Of a DNA stretch of 64,000 nucleotides, positions 51,553-64,000 are shown in pieces. Positions within the stretch are counted from its first letter, which is position 1; each line of letters opens with the position of its first letter. This DNA comes from Octopus sinensis (lineage: Eukaryota). The stretch lies in contig NC_043001.1 of NCBI RefSeq assembly GCF_006345805.1, forward strand, positions 111,414,001 to 111,478,000, given 5' to 3'. Made by a program: the position numbers and the translations under genes. Below the pieces are notes generated by a model. The model was not told where the DNA came from. It did no database searches and saw only the letters and a list, made by a program, of their open reading frames with translations.

Positions 51553-52554
51553 CATTTGTATGTATAAAGATACATGCCGTGTGTCGTGTATGTGTGTGTG
51601 CCTGTGTCGTGTCTGGGTGCATATCTATAGATATATTTTCATTGATTCGAAATACACTTCGGGAATTTTCGAACACCGTGTACATATTAACGTTCCCTTT
51701 AACTCAATACATGTCTCCATATCACAAGCGTAAAATATATGGAATAATAATTAAATGTATATGATATAAAAATCCAAGTGTATATATAATTGATGAGGCA
51801 ATGATGATATCTAATTTTACTTCCTTCTAACTTTCCTACTGAAAATTTAATGCATCTTTCCTAACCGTTTCTCACTCTGTTTCTCATCCAGTGAGTGACT
51901 ATCACGTCCACCACGTTCCTGTAATTTTCATACTTCTCTTTTTCATTCTCTTAGTCTTTATCGGACGCTAACTTTTTCTGTAGAAGGCAAAAATTGCTAA
52001 CACTAATTTCTTCACTATCTCAAATATATTCCGAATATCTTTGACCTTCTTAGATCTCCAAACATCTAAAAAAGAAATAATAATAATAACTTGTATTAGT
52101 AAATTTTGAGAACAATATGCGCATATTCTCGAATTTTCTATACATATTCTTGACTTAGTCACCCCTGTCTTTTGCATCAAAAACCCTTTGTTAATGAAAC
52201 GAGATGCATCTATTGTAACAAAGATTTCTAACATACATCAAATACGCGAACATACCTGAAATTCAGGTGAGGTTAGCTTCAAGGTTAAAACGAGGTAGAA
52301 AAGATTGAGAGCGTCAATTTTCAAATCGATGCTTTCAGGTAAATCGTGGAACCATTTTTTGCTGATGACATAGAAGATAAGTAGAATTAAAAGTTTTAAA
52401 TCACAGGAAGCAGAGAAATAAGGAAATTTGCACTGCACTTCAACTACAAAAGAACTAGAAACCCGCATATTCACGCATATACGCGTACATACATAAACGT
52501 ATCTATGCCTATGTAACAATCTCCCCCCTCCCTCACACACTCTCTCTCGTTCGC

Positions 52555-52872
52555 TCGGTCCTTGTATATATATATATATATATATAATATATATTATATA
52601 TATATATATATATTATATAATTATATAGTATATATTATATCTATATTATATATATATAATATATATTATATATATATATATATTATATATATTATAATAT
52701 TATATTATATATATATAATTATATATATATATATTATTATATTATATATATAATATATTATATATATATATAATATATATATTATATTATATATATATTA
52801 TATATTATATATATATATATATATTATATATAATATATTATATATATATATATTATATAATATATAGATATA

Positions 52873-52916
<44 letters not shown>

Positions 52917-53150
52917 CTTATATATTATTATATATGTTTATATATATATATATTATTATATATATATTATATATATATTATATATATATATATATTATAT
53001 ATATATAATTATATATATATTATATATATATATTATATATATATTATTATATATATATATATTATATATATATATATTATATATATATATTATATATAAT
53101 ATATTATATTATATATATTATATATATATTATATATATATATATTTATAT
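52555..53150. repeat. Almost pure A/T low-complexity block
   Basis: Imperfect (TA)n/TATTA mosaic with very few G/C. Confidence 0.95.
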
Positions 53151-53244
53151 ACTAAGCAATAAGGGTTCAGCAACGAGTTGCCTTACCACATACCGATTTA
53201 GAAATAGCAGTCAACGGGTTATAGCTATTTCTTCTATTCTTCTA

Positions 53245-53344
53245 NNNNNNNNNNNNNNNNNNNNNNNNNNNNNNNNNNNNNNNNNNNNNNNNNNNNNNNN
53301 NNNNNNNNNNNNNNNNNNNNNNNNNNNNNNNNNNNNNNNNNNNN
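53245..53344. other. Assembly gap (100 N)
   Basis: Run of n. Confidence 1.
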
Positions 53345-53529
53345 ATAGTAAATTTTTGCGTGTTATTGCCAGAGACATGAATTAAAAGAAAACGAGACCA
53401 TATGTAAATAGAAAACCTACAATTAACTTCTAAGTATATTGAAAGAAAACACTTCTTATTATGAAGTGTTGTTCAGAAAAAAATAAATAAATAATCTGAA
53501 ATTAATATGCTTTCGAAATTCTGTTTGTT

Positions 53530-54013
53530 TTTCTTCTTTCCGCCTGACATATGCGCACATATACACACATGTATGCAAGTACACACACACACACACACAT
53601 ACATACACACATGCGCGCGCGCACTCACACATACATACATACACACAGACCCACACACACACACGATTGTGCAGGTCTTATGTATGGGTATATATGTGTG
53701 TATGTGTGTGTGTGTGTATGTGTGTGTTTACTTATACATGTACTATGTGTGTCGATATATATATATATATGCATGTATTTTATATGCATATAAATATATG
53801 TATATATATATATATAATATATATATATTATATATATACATACATACAATCATACATACGTATATACATACATACAATCGATAGATATATACATAAGCAA
53901 ACACAAATGCACAAATATGGGCTGTACCTATATATATATATATATTATATATATATATATATATATCCTTCCTGCCCTCAACCCAATGTTGAAACAATGA
54001 AAGACAATACAAT

Positions 54014-54095
<82 letters not shown>

Positions 54096-54110
54096 ACATG
54101 TTCGATCTAT
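53530..54110. repeat. (CA)/(TG)/(TA) microsatellite mosaic
   Basis: Visible dinucleotide runs. Confidence 0.92.
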
Positions 54111-54767
54111 ACTGTTCCCGTTCTACATACTTCCATCCATCCATACATTTATTCACACATCTATAAGCACAGATTAATAACGCATACTCCTAAATGAAAT
54201 ATTAGTAGCGTGTACGTATCTGCATAGATTGCTTCTTGTAAAAGCGTATTGCATAGCTACATGTATATATCTCATTATGTCTATAATGCTTCTCAAAATA
54301 ATAATTCCGTTTTTCTTTTTTTCTATCTTATGTTATGATTCTCATTGTGTTTCTTACATCATCGCCGGTTTTTTAATCCATTTTTTAATCATAATATTGT
54401 CGAAAAACAAATATCTGGTTTATTTATATTCTATTTTTGAAATATAATGTAACATTAAGGTGAAATATAAATAAAAAGACTTGTCTCTCGAACAGATTGA
54501 TAATGTTGCAACCAATTATATGAACAATTGATGGAATATTGATAAAAGAAAACTAATTTCCTTACGTTAATTTATCTTTTCTTTTTCAAGTTGTTTCTTA
54601 TACTTTGCTTCTAAACATGTAATAACTAAGCGATTAAAGGCTATATTTTAGGTTGATATTTGGCGAAACCGGTTCAGATTTCAATTCCCACTATACCAAA
54701 GGGTTTTCCATTTCTTCTTGTTCTTAGATGCACTTTATTATTATATAAACCAGTATATCCGATTGTG

Positions 54768-55117
54768 GAGGCGCAATGGCCCAGTGATTAGGGCAGCGGA
54801 CTCGCGGTCATAGGATCGCGGTTTCTATTCCCAGACCGGGCGTTGTGAGCGAAAACACCTAAAGCTCCACGAAGCTCCGGATGGTGGTGATCCCTGCTGT
54901 ACTCTTTCACCACAACTTTCTCTCACTCTTACTTCCTGTTGCTGTTGTACCTGTATTTCACTCTCTGTGTCACGCTGAATATCCCCGAGAACTACGTTAA
55001 GGGTACACGTGTCTGTGGAGTGCTCAGCCACTTACACGTTAATTTCACGAGCAGGCTGTTCCGTTGATTCGGATCAACCGGAACCCTCGTCGTCGTAACC
55101 GACGGAGTGCTTCCATC
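54768..55117 (+). mobile_element. Full-length tRNA-derived SINE (OR1-like) with 13-bp target-site duplication
   Basis: tRNA-like head with A/B boxes; ATATCCGATTGTG at 54755-54767 and 55118-55130. Confidence 0.88.
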
Positions 55118-55371
55118 ATATCCGATTGTGAAAGACAAGATTGGTCCTACTACGAATTCGTAGTATAAGCCTTACATTATAGAGCGTTTATTGTCCCATT
55201 GTAAAAATACGTCTCACACATATTTGAAATAACCTGCTTGTTTATTTCTCACCAGCTCTTTACTGTATCATTTGTTCGCAAGCGCAACTCAGCCACTAAT
55301 ATAGACTGTTCTAAGATAACGCTACAGCTTTATAATCTGGGAGAGTTATGCCTCTTCATTGTCTGTTTCTT

Positions 55372-55595
55372 TACTACCAACAAGTGGCTAAACACAGAGG
55401 AGATGAACAAGGACAGACAAACGGATTAAGTCGATTACATCGACCCCAGTGCGTAACTGGTGCTTAATTTATCGACCCCGAAAGGATGAAAGGCAAAGTC
55501 GACCTCGGTGGAATTTGAACTCAGAACATAACGGCAGACGAAATACGGCTACGCATTTCGCCCGGCGTGCTAACGGCTCTGACAGCTCGCTGACT
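55372..55595 (-). mobile_element. Deu/Nin-domain SINE
   Basis: Same consensus as the 22978-23983 units. Confidence 0.85.
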
Positions 55596-56416
55596 TATAC
55601 CTCTTCATTATCACCTACTGAGGAACACTCAGGTGTTGGAAACGCTTCTAGAGTTTCGATAGGGAGAGCATATATTTTGCAGACAAGGTGCTTTACACCT
55701 TTTACCATTATCCAAATTATTTTCACACTGTAAACTGCAGTGAATTTGCATTTACAAGTTAACATATGATTCAAACATATTTCAACTAACCTACATTGTG
55801 GTTATACCACCACATCTATGTTTTTATTCTTGTTGTTATTATAGATGCAAAGACCGAATATCAGCTTTGAACGAGTAGATAAGAAATCAAATGCCTTCTA
55901 ATGTGTGACCAGATCAAATGTCGTAACAAGAAGGCAAACACGTTATGTAAATACTCAAACACACACGCGCTAAAGTTTATATGTGTATACACACATACAC
56001 TTATAAACACCTACACATTTAAATTTATGCTGGGTTTCGTTCGATTTTGACAGTCTTCGTCTATAATCTTGAATCGTGTTGTATATAACTGTCTCAATGC
56101 ATACGTAAATATAGCAATTTGAAAATCATATAGCGGATTAGATTTGACTACTACTATTACTATTCATTAACTCAAATACACAAGTGGCTAGCATGTTTCC
56201 CTGGTTAAGATTTCCTCCTCGCAGCTGCATGAAGTTGTGTTCAATCTAATTATGCACTGCATTGAGCAAATTATTTAGACTACTAGACTACTCCATCCAT
56301 CTTGACGATAAATGACTGATGAATAAATTTAGCAGATTGAGATTTCGTGAAAGCCCATCGTATAGCTGAGTCACTTGTGTATGTGTGTGTGTATGTGTGT
56401 GGCTGTGTGTGTGTGT

Positions 56417-56453
<37 letters not shown>

Positions 56454-56535
56454 CCCTTCGCTATGTAGCAGATTTGTTATACCAAGGTTATTTTGTGATT
56501 TGGCTATCATGAACGAATAGAAAAAACTAGCAAAC

Positions 56536-56571
<36 letters not shown>

Positions 56572-56594
56572 CACTACTTATTATTATTATTATT

Positions 56595-56950
56595 ATAATC
56601 AACTTCTTTCAATTCTATTTCTCTTTCTTGCCGAGTGCCTTCCTGATACCTAGGGCGGAGAAATGCACTGTATACATTGGTAGGCCATTAAAAGAAGCAC
56701 ACCAGATTGTTCATTTGCAAAGTCGTGCGACAGAGAAAAAAGGGAAGACAGAGAGAAAAAGGAAAAAATGAAAAAGTAAACAGAGAAAATAAAGGGGGGG
56801 GGGATGCATGAGAATACGCAGAGACAACGCCAGGGACATTCTTAAATAATTTTCAGTTCATTTTTTGATCATTCCAAGTGTCGCTACAATTACTGGTAGT
56901 GTAACCGTCTTGTGATGCCACATCTTTTCGATTTCGATTACCAAACCTCC
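56595..56950 (-). mobile_element. Older R4/Dong 3' fragment next to (TAA)n/(CTA)n
   Basis: LVIEIEKMWHHKTVTLPVIVATLGMIKK; 3' UTR shares gtatacattggtaggccattaaa with the 35180 copy. Confidence 0.75.
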
Positions 56951-59689
56951 AATTGTGAGTTACTTGAAAGAAAGACTTAATCGTTCACATTCTGCACCTT
57001 GAGAATTTTTAATGAGAAAAATTCTCCATATAAGTAACCTAATGAGAATTCAGTGTTTCTATCTGATGGAAGTCTTAAGTTAAAATAGAGGTAAAATTTT
57101 GCGCAACGCTTCGAAGATCTCTGCTGAAATGCATAAATATAAGTAGATAGTGAGACAAATTTCTCGTCATACAACATGATTCAGTGAAACAAATATACTT
57201 ATACTAATATAATTTGCTATGTAGGTTTCTAGGAAAGTTGGTCTTCCATATAAAGAAATCATTGTAGATAAACAAAATCAAAACGCCTTGTAGTAAGACA
57301 TCCGCTTTTAGCGCGACGAATTCACAATGTTGTCATATACTAAACCAAGCAATTCCTTTTACAAACCTCATATCATTAAAACATGTTGCATAACAAAAAT
57401 CCCCATGTTTTAATATCCCACTCCATCATGCTGGACCTTATTTATATTCAGCCAAAAACAAAACAAAACAATATTTAAATTATGTCTTCTATTTCTCCGA
57501 TTCATGCATAGTAAATATTCATTGGTCTTGATATTCAACTAAATATTCTAGTTTTGTGTAGTGTGTGTATTGTTTTACTATATACACGGAAAAATCACTT
57601 TCTGGTGTAGGTTCTAACACTTTGCTATCTAACGGATTCTACTGAGATAGAAGGAAGCGCAGTGTAATCAAGTTACGTTATATCCTATTTAAACAATTTC
57701 TTAAACGCATTCTCTTCTATCTCAACGTCTTTTGTAATGTTTTCTTTTGGTCAGATTACTCTGGAGAGTTTGCATAAAACCTGTCTTGTTAATTATCCAC
57801 AAAACCTCTGCTGGACAAAAAGCTCTCGAAAAATCAATGAAGAAAATAATGACAACAACGAAAAATAAATCATTAATAATAACGGTACTATCTTATTCCG
57901 TCATCCGCTAGCCTAAAGATATCTAACACTTCTATCTCAGCATTTATATGTTTTAGTTATGGCTTCAACGTATAAGAATGAACAAAGATAATGTCGTCAC
58001 TTGATATAGATTAACAGCTTAAGTGATTAGGGAAGACATTCTCCGATCTATCTCAGGGGACAATGGCAAATAAATGAGAGGATATCATACAGTTCATTAT
58101 CTTGCCTTTTTTTCCTGTCTTTGACGCGCACGCGCACGACAGTTTCTTATTCGATCTTTAATGCAATTCTTACTAATCCCTATTGACTAAGCCGTAATAG
58201 AAGAATATGAAACTAAGTTTACTTGATAATATGTAATCTTAAATATATATTAACAATAAGTGGCAGATCTACGTTAAATGCAGGTGTTATATATTGTCCG
58301 AAAAAGAAGAAACCAATACTCAGATACGTTGATAAGGAGATATCTTCACATCCAATGATTTCAATACATACAAACAATTCCAATACGAAAGACCATTTTC
58401 GCCGAAAAATAGATTTGAGAATAAAATTGAACCTGGAAATCTTTAGATATGATACTTTAATACAAATAAGTTTATTAAGTGAATTTCTTTGAATAACATT
58501 TGCTTAATTTATCTTCGAAAACTTTATATAAGAACTCTATTTGGTATCGGGGTATGAAGAAATTTAGCACTAGATAATGTCTGAAAAAAAGAAAAGTATC
58601 TCATTCGTTTGGAAATTGTTTTCTAGAAGTAAATAAACTATACTGAATATAAAAATGATCTTTTTGAATGCTTGTGAACGTGTATTTGCGTGTTCGAGAG
58701 CGCTATGTTTTGTTTTAAGAAGGAAAAGGTGTGAGGTTTCATAGACAATTCCGAATTTAAAACATTTGTGCTTGAGAAAATGGAGGTCTTTGAGATTATA
58801 TAGTGTGCAATACAAGTAAAAACCTGCAAATATAAGAAAAAAAAGTCGCAGTTAAATTTTATTTAATACTCGCTACAACCAATTTTTTATAGTTCTCGAG
58901 TTATTTTCTTATAGTCTCGTTTTTCACTGCGATAAGCATTTCAACGACAGCTTATAAGGAAAAATGTTACAGAACATATTTTATTAGCTTAAAACGAAGT
59001 CTATAATGAATTAAAATTTATAAAAGCTTGGTAATATTTATCCAAATAGAACCTCTAAGAAACAAGTGGAATATAGAAATCAATACTCCTGGGGAAGTAA
59101 ACAATTCGAAGGTGAAATTATATAATCAGTTTCGGGTTTATTTAATATTTACTCTTTCTTCATACAATAGAAATATCCGAAAATTATATAAGCGAAAAGT
59201 AATATTTTTTATAAATAGCTTATTTTCATAACTATTGTCAAATTTGCTGTTGAATACAAGTAAAATTATCAAGGATTCTACTTTATAAGTTTAAAAAGTA
59301 ATATGCATCGTATTAATCCAAGATAATCAGATTACTTACGTATTAATTTACAAAGGAGAGAAGCAGGAAATGTAAACGGTCTGCAGAATATAAATAAATT
59401 GGGGAAGGCACCCCCTTTCAAATGAAAATGCAATGTAAAAGAATTTATCAATTCCACAGGCTTATAATTTTGACGTATTAAACGTAACTCTATTCAGCTC
59501 TACAAATCTATCTTTGCATTCCATATGGGGAGTCAGTTAATAATACAACATATTATTGTCGGATTTTATAAACACAGACACGCGTGCGTTCACACACACG
59601 TGCATGCATACAGACATGTATATGGGGGTATATATGTAGGTGCGTATGAGAGTGCACGTAGTAATGTCTGCGCGTGTATTTTTTATTCT

Positions 59690-60015
59690 TTATATTCTTT
59701 TATTTGTTTCAGTTATTTGACTACGGCCATCCTGCTGCACCGCCTTTAGTCGACCACAGGATTTATCCTTCCATCAGACTCTTTCGCTGAACCACAAAGT
59801 TACGGGGACGTAAACACACCAACATCGGTTGTCAAGCGATGGTTGGGGGAGAAACAAACGCAGACACACAAACATATAGGGGATTCTTTCAGTTTCCGTC
59901 TACAAATCCACTCACAAGGCTTTAGTCGACCCCAGACTGTAGTAGAAGACACTTGCCCAAGGTTCCACGCATTGGGACTGAGCAAGCTACTTAACACACA
60001 GCCACTCCTGCGCCT
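59690..60015 (-). mobile_element. CORE-SINE (OR2-like), near full length
   Basis: Head aggcgcaggagtggctgtgtgttaag, CORE-like accttgggcaagtgtc, typical tail. Confidence 0.88.
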
Positions 60016-60024
60016 AAAACAAAT
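60016..60024 (-). terminator. Pol III T-run terminator of the tRNA-Met gene
   Basis: Minus strand catATTTGTTTTagg immediately 3' of the tRNA. Confidence 0.6.
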
Positions 60025-60027
60025 ATG

Positions 60028-60121
60028 TGCCCCAGGTGAGGATCGAACTCACGACCTTCAGATAACTCTGATTTGTTATTTGATTATGAGACTGACGCGC
60101 TGCCTACTGCGCTACCGAGGC
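60028..60121 (-). tRNA. trnM-CAT: Elongator tRNA-Met(CAT) with 21-nt intron (60064-60084)
   Basis: GCCTCGGTAGCGCAGTAGGCAGCGCGTCAGTCTCATA[atcaaataacaaatcagagtt]ATCTGAAGGTCGTGAGTTCGATCCTCACCTGGGGCA; all four stems pair; intron at 37/38. Confidence 0.93.
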
Positions 60122-60219
60122 CACTCGGCATAGAAATATCATTATTTCTAAGTCTCTCTAAAGGAGAATACGGCAGCGGTACTAGATATTAACAGTTATC
60201 GCCAAGCTAATACGTCAGT

Positions 60220-60293
<74 letters not shown>

Positions 60294-61019
60294 TGTGTGT
60301 GTCTGTGTCTGTGTCTGTGTGTCTGTGTGTGTGTGTGCGTGTGTGCGTGTGTGTGTGTGTATGTGTGTGTGTGTGCGTGTGTGCATATAGATATACATAT
60401 ATACCTATCTATCTGTCAGTCTGTCTATAGACGGATAGATATGATGGCTTTGCTTACCCGACACTTGAAAGTGAAACTCAATATTTTTATTGGGATGGAA
60501 AAAGAATTTTCTATTCTACCGAAGTATTGAGTAATACATAAGTTTAATTTAAAATTATTCTTATTATAACATGAAAGCAAACATTTATATATGTATGTGT
60601 GTGTGTCTGTGTGTGTGTGTGTGTGGCAATGATTGTATATGTTGCAGTGGAGTGTCACAATGTATGAAATGTATCTTCCTGCAACAACTCTCTTTCGCGG
60701 TAAAATATCCTTGGCCACGCCAATTTTCTTAGGGGGCAGGCATCTAGATTATATATAAGCAATAGTAGCTTTCTGTCACACGAGCAATGCGAAAAGAGGA
60801 GTAAAGAAGATTACGGATAAAGATTAGAAGGAATGAGGGCCATGAGAGAGAGCTTGGATAATTATATGTACAATGAAATGTTGGGGAGTTCCCTCCTGAG
60901 GACTTACGTGGTGGTACCAATAAATAATGCGAAGAAATCCTTTCCTTTCAGTGCTACAGATTTGCTCTACTAGTTAAGAACAAAACGCATATATACTACT
61001 GCCGTAGTCAGTTAGATGT

Positions 61020-61295
61020 AGGCACATGGCCTAGTGTTTAGAGCAGCAGGCTCGCTGTCGAGGGATCGCGGGTTCGAATCTCAGACCGGGCGATGTATGT
61101 GTTTATGAGCGAAAGGCGTGGGTAATGGCGAACTTCTGCTGACTCTTTCGCCACAACTTTCCCTCACTCTTTCTTCCTGCACATTGCAGCTCACCTGCGA
61201 CAGACCGGCGTCCCGCCCAGGTGGGGGACCTATACGCCAAGGAAACCGGGAAACCGGCCCTTATGAGCCAGGGATGGCTCGAGAAGGAACAAACT
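61020..61295 (+). mobile_element. tRNA-derived SINE, same head as 54768 but different 3' module
   Basis: ggcacatggcctagtgtttagagcagc..gggttcgaatctcagaccgggcg; shared ctctttc.ccacaactttc.ctcactct; then cctgcgacagaccggcgtcccgcccagg...ggctcgagaaggaac. Confidence 0.85.
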
Positions 61296-62308
61296 GTCAG
61301 TCAGGGCACCTGATAAGAATGAAATGTGTGAAAACTATCATCAAGCTTTCGGTAAGTGTCCGTAAGATCCTGACATGTGGAACTATATCAAACATTTTTT
61401 ATTGGGGGTGGTAAACCTGTGACACTCGGCTGTATTTGTTATAAACTTTGTTCTCTCCACCTCGATTTGTCTAGATTATGGGTGGGCATTTTTCCAAGTA
61501 TGGAGATCAATTTCATGAAATCCACTAAAAATTCTTCAAAGCGGTGCACCAGTATGACCACTGTCTAATGACTGAAAGAAGCAAGAGGAAAAGAGATAAA
61601 AATTTCTCACGTTGAAGGGTCAATCGGTTAATTCTCTCTTTAAATTACTGTTAACAGAAGATTGATACACACATACACACATATTCATACACATAGATAT
61701 ATTACATTATACATACATGTACACACACAAATGTATATATATGCGTATGTGAGTGCATGAGTTTGTGTGTGGTTGGGTATGCCATCCAAATTTTCTTTAA
61801 AGATTTGAAGGAAATAAATTCTCAGTATTTCGGTTGTATTCTGTGTTTCTTTGATTCAAACGAATATACACATGGGAAGATAATTATAAGTGTTTGTAGT
61901 TAATTATACACCATGAAATGAAATCTTGTAAATGATAAATCTTCAGATATGTATCTTCAACGACATTTAAATAATTTCAACCATGTTTTTGCAGAAAAAA
62001 TATCAAATACATTTCTCCATTCATAAAAACAAAACAAAACAAAATATTTATGCAAATCTAATGAAGGAAAACTCGTGATTTTCATAACAACTTTAATAGA
62101 TAATAAATTATCGTTATGTAGCAAGCTGAGATATTTCCCTCTACGATGTTATTTTAAGACTTTCGCTTGCTTTTCATACAGTTTTAAAATTAAATTATAA
62201 CGGATTTCGTTTTGAGTTACAGTATATATCTTTAGATACTTGCCGCCGATGCAATGTATATGTAGTCAACAGAAAAAATACCGCGGTTATGGAAATGTAA
62301 TAAATAAT

Positions 62309-62469
62309 AGGCGCGGGCGTGGCTGTTTGGTAAGAATCTAGCTTCTCGACCACACGGTTCCGACTGCAGTCTCACTGTGTGGCACCTTGGGCAATTATCT
62401 TCGACTATAGACTTGTGCCAACAAAAGCCTTGTGAGTGGATTTGGTAGACGGAAATTGAATGCCCGTCG

Positions 62470-62510
<41 letters not shown>

Positions 62511-62757
62511 GTGTGTGTGTGTGTATGTGTGTGTGTGTGTGTGTGTGTGTCTTTGTGTCTGTTTTTGTTCCCCAACCATCGCTTGACACTCGATGTTGGT
62601 GTGCTTACGTCCCCGTAACTTTAGCGGTTCGACAATAAAGACCGACTGAATAAATACTAGGCTCACGAAGAATAAGTTCAGGGCTTGATATATGCGACTG
62701 AAAAAAAATCATTAAGACAGTGCTCCAGTATGGCCACAGTCAAATGACGGAAACTAG
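62309..62757 (+). mobile_element. CORE-SINE (OR2-like), full length with internal microsatellite
   Basis: aggcgcgggcgtggctgtttggtaag..gtggcaccttgggcaa..gtgctccagtatggccacagtcaaatgacggaaactag. Confidence 0.9.
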
Positions 62758-62912
62758 TGCAGACGGAAACCTGACTGAATATAATCTATAATCATGTTCT
62801 ATGTCTGAATGGCGAATGGGCGAATAAAGTAGAACACATGAGCGAATGCCGATATTCTATTTATGTTACTTTAGCTGTAGGTTCCATGTTACGATATTCT
62901 GTTTTAAATATT

Positions 62913-63299
62913 ACTAGCAGTATCGCCCGGCGTTGCTCAGGTTTGTAAGGGAAATAACTATAAAGCATTTTTAGAGAGCTATAGCCAAAAAATAGCAAAA
63001 AAATGGAAAAAAATGATGGTAAATTTTTTTTTGATAGTTAAAAAATGTGGAGTTGCGTCCTCTACACAGTTTGTGGTTTGTGTTCCTGATTCTCGACCCC
63101 ATGTCGAATTTATCGATTTTTTTCAGAACTGGGGGAACTTTTCAAAATTTTCGCTGCGTTAGTTTTGAATTATGACATTAGGCTATATGTGTGTCAAGTT
63201 TCATCAGAATCGGTTGAAAGCCGTGGTCAGGGTGAGGGTACAAGCAAACAGACACACAGAAACACGCACAGACAAACTGCCGTTTATATAGAGAGAGAT
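62913..63299 (+). mobile_element. Non-autonomous Helentron/HINE-like element
   Basis: Starts ACTAGC..CCCGGCGTTGCTCAGG (subterminal hairpin), contains caagtttcatcagaatcgg and a CAGA/CACA tract, ends tatatagagagagat. Confidence 0.6.
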
Positions 63300-64000
63300 T
63301 CTCAATTTGTGATTGTCTTTCGTCTACAGAAATGCATAAACTTAAACCCAATACATAGAAACATTATCTCAAATTAACGCAGATTTGTAATAATTATTAT
63401 CCTCCTATATCCCATAAAAGGATTACGTGACACGTTTAATATAAATCCCATTTAGCTGCAACATCACTCAGCAGATGAAGTTATTCGTTACCAATTACTG
63501 CATGCACATAGTAACTATCGCATCATCCAAATATTAATTTAAACGTATACAAATCTAGTTAAAGGTATATGAAAAGGCAAAACCTTTTATGCGAACGTTG
63601 ATCCAATCTTTGTAGGTTAAAAAAGTGAGAATGTTTCTTACTGGCACTACGTCGATTACGACTGAGAACCTGTGCTGGCGGTGCCCGCGAAAGTTGCGGA
63701 GAATATAGGGTCGAGAGGAAATGAAACAATACAAAATGGACATACGAAAGGGAATAAATGTAATTTAAGTCGAAACAAAAAAGAAACGAGCAAAATATAG
63801 CCTTAGGACCAAAAAGACAAGAATAGTGGGTATGTCTGAGAAGGCATCCTAAAGGATTAGAAAACAACAAATAGCAAGGCAGTGGGGCAAAGAGAATTCA
63901 GGGCCAGTCCTCTACGCAACAGGGGTGAAAAAGAGAGAAAAAGAAGGCTAGCCACGGGTCACGTGTCAGCAGCAGGCACGGGGAAAATGGGGCAGGAGAG

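Noticed and set aside
52555-53150. Functional AT-only element
   Set aside because: Low-complexity block beside an assembly gap; length and sequence unreliable
54768-54840. tRNA gene calls for SINE heads (also 16290, 32080, 61020)
   Set aside because: Cloverleaf incomplete and followed by SINE body and TSD; these are SINEs, not tRNA genes

Overview
Eukaryotic, AT-rich, repeat-dominated 64-kb window. It is most likely octopus genomic DNA, inferred from the tRNA-derived SINE families and the dense (TA)/(CA) microsatellites. Nearly all ORFs in the supplied track are microsatellite artefacts. Supportable content includes a near-complete CR1-group LINE (6451-10400, minus) whose ORF1 carries a Myb/SANT-like domain plus a CCCH finger and whose 3' end matches the tail of an abundant CORE-SINE. 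There is a ~6.6-kb Penelope-derived inverted duplication (24545-31200) holding four type I hammerhead ribozyme motifs, and a frameshifted full-length Penelope element with direct and inverted terminal repeats (38172-43462). Also present are a Tx1/L1-clade LINE with an inverted 5' part (45100-49800), R4/Dong, RTE and mariner fragments, a Helentron-like element, three SINE families (some as concatemers), an intron-containing elongator tRNA-Met gene (60028-60121), unusual tandem arrays and a 100-N gap. A chain of phase-compatible small minus-strand exons (22.7-36.2 kb) may belong to an unidentified host gene, at low confidence. All alignments and folds were done by eye.
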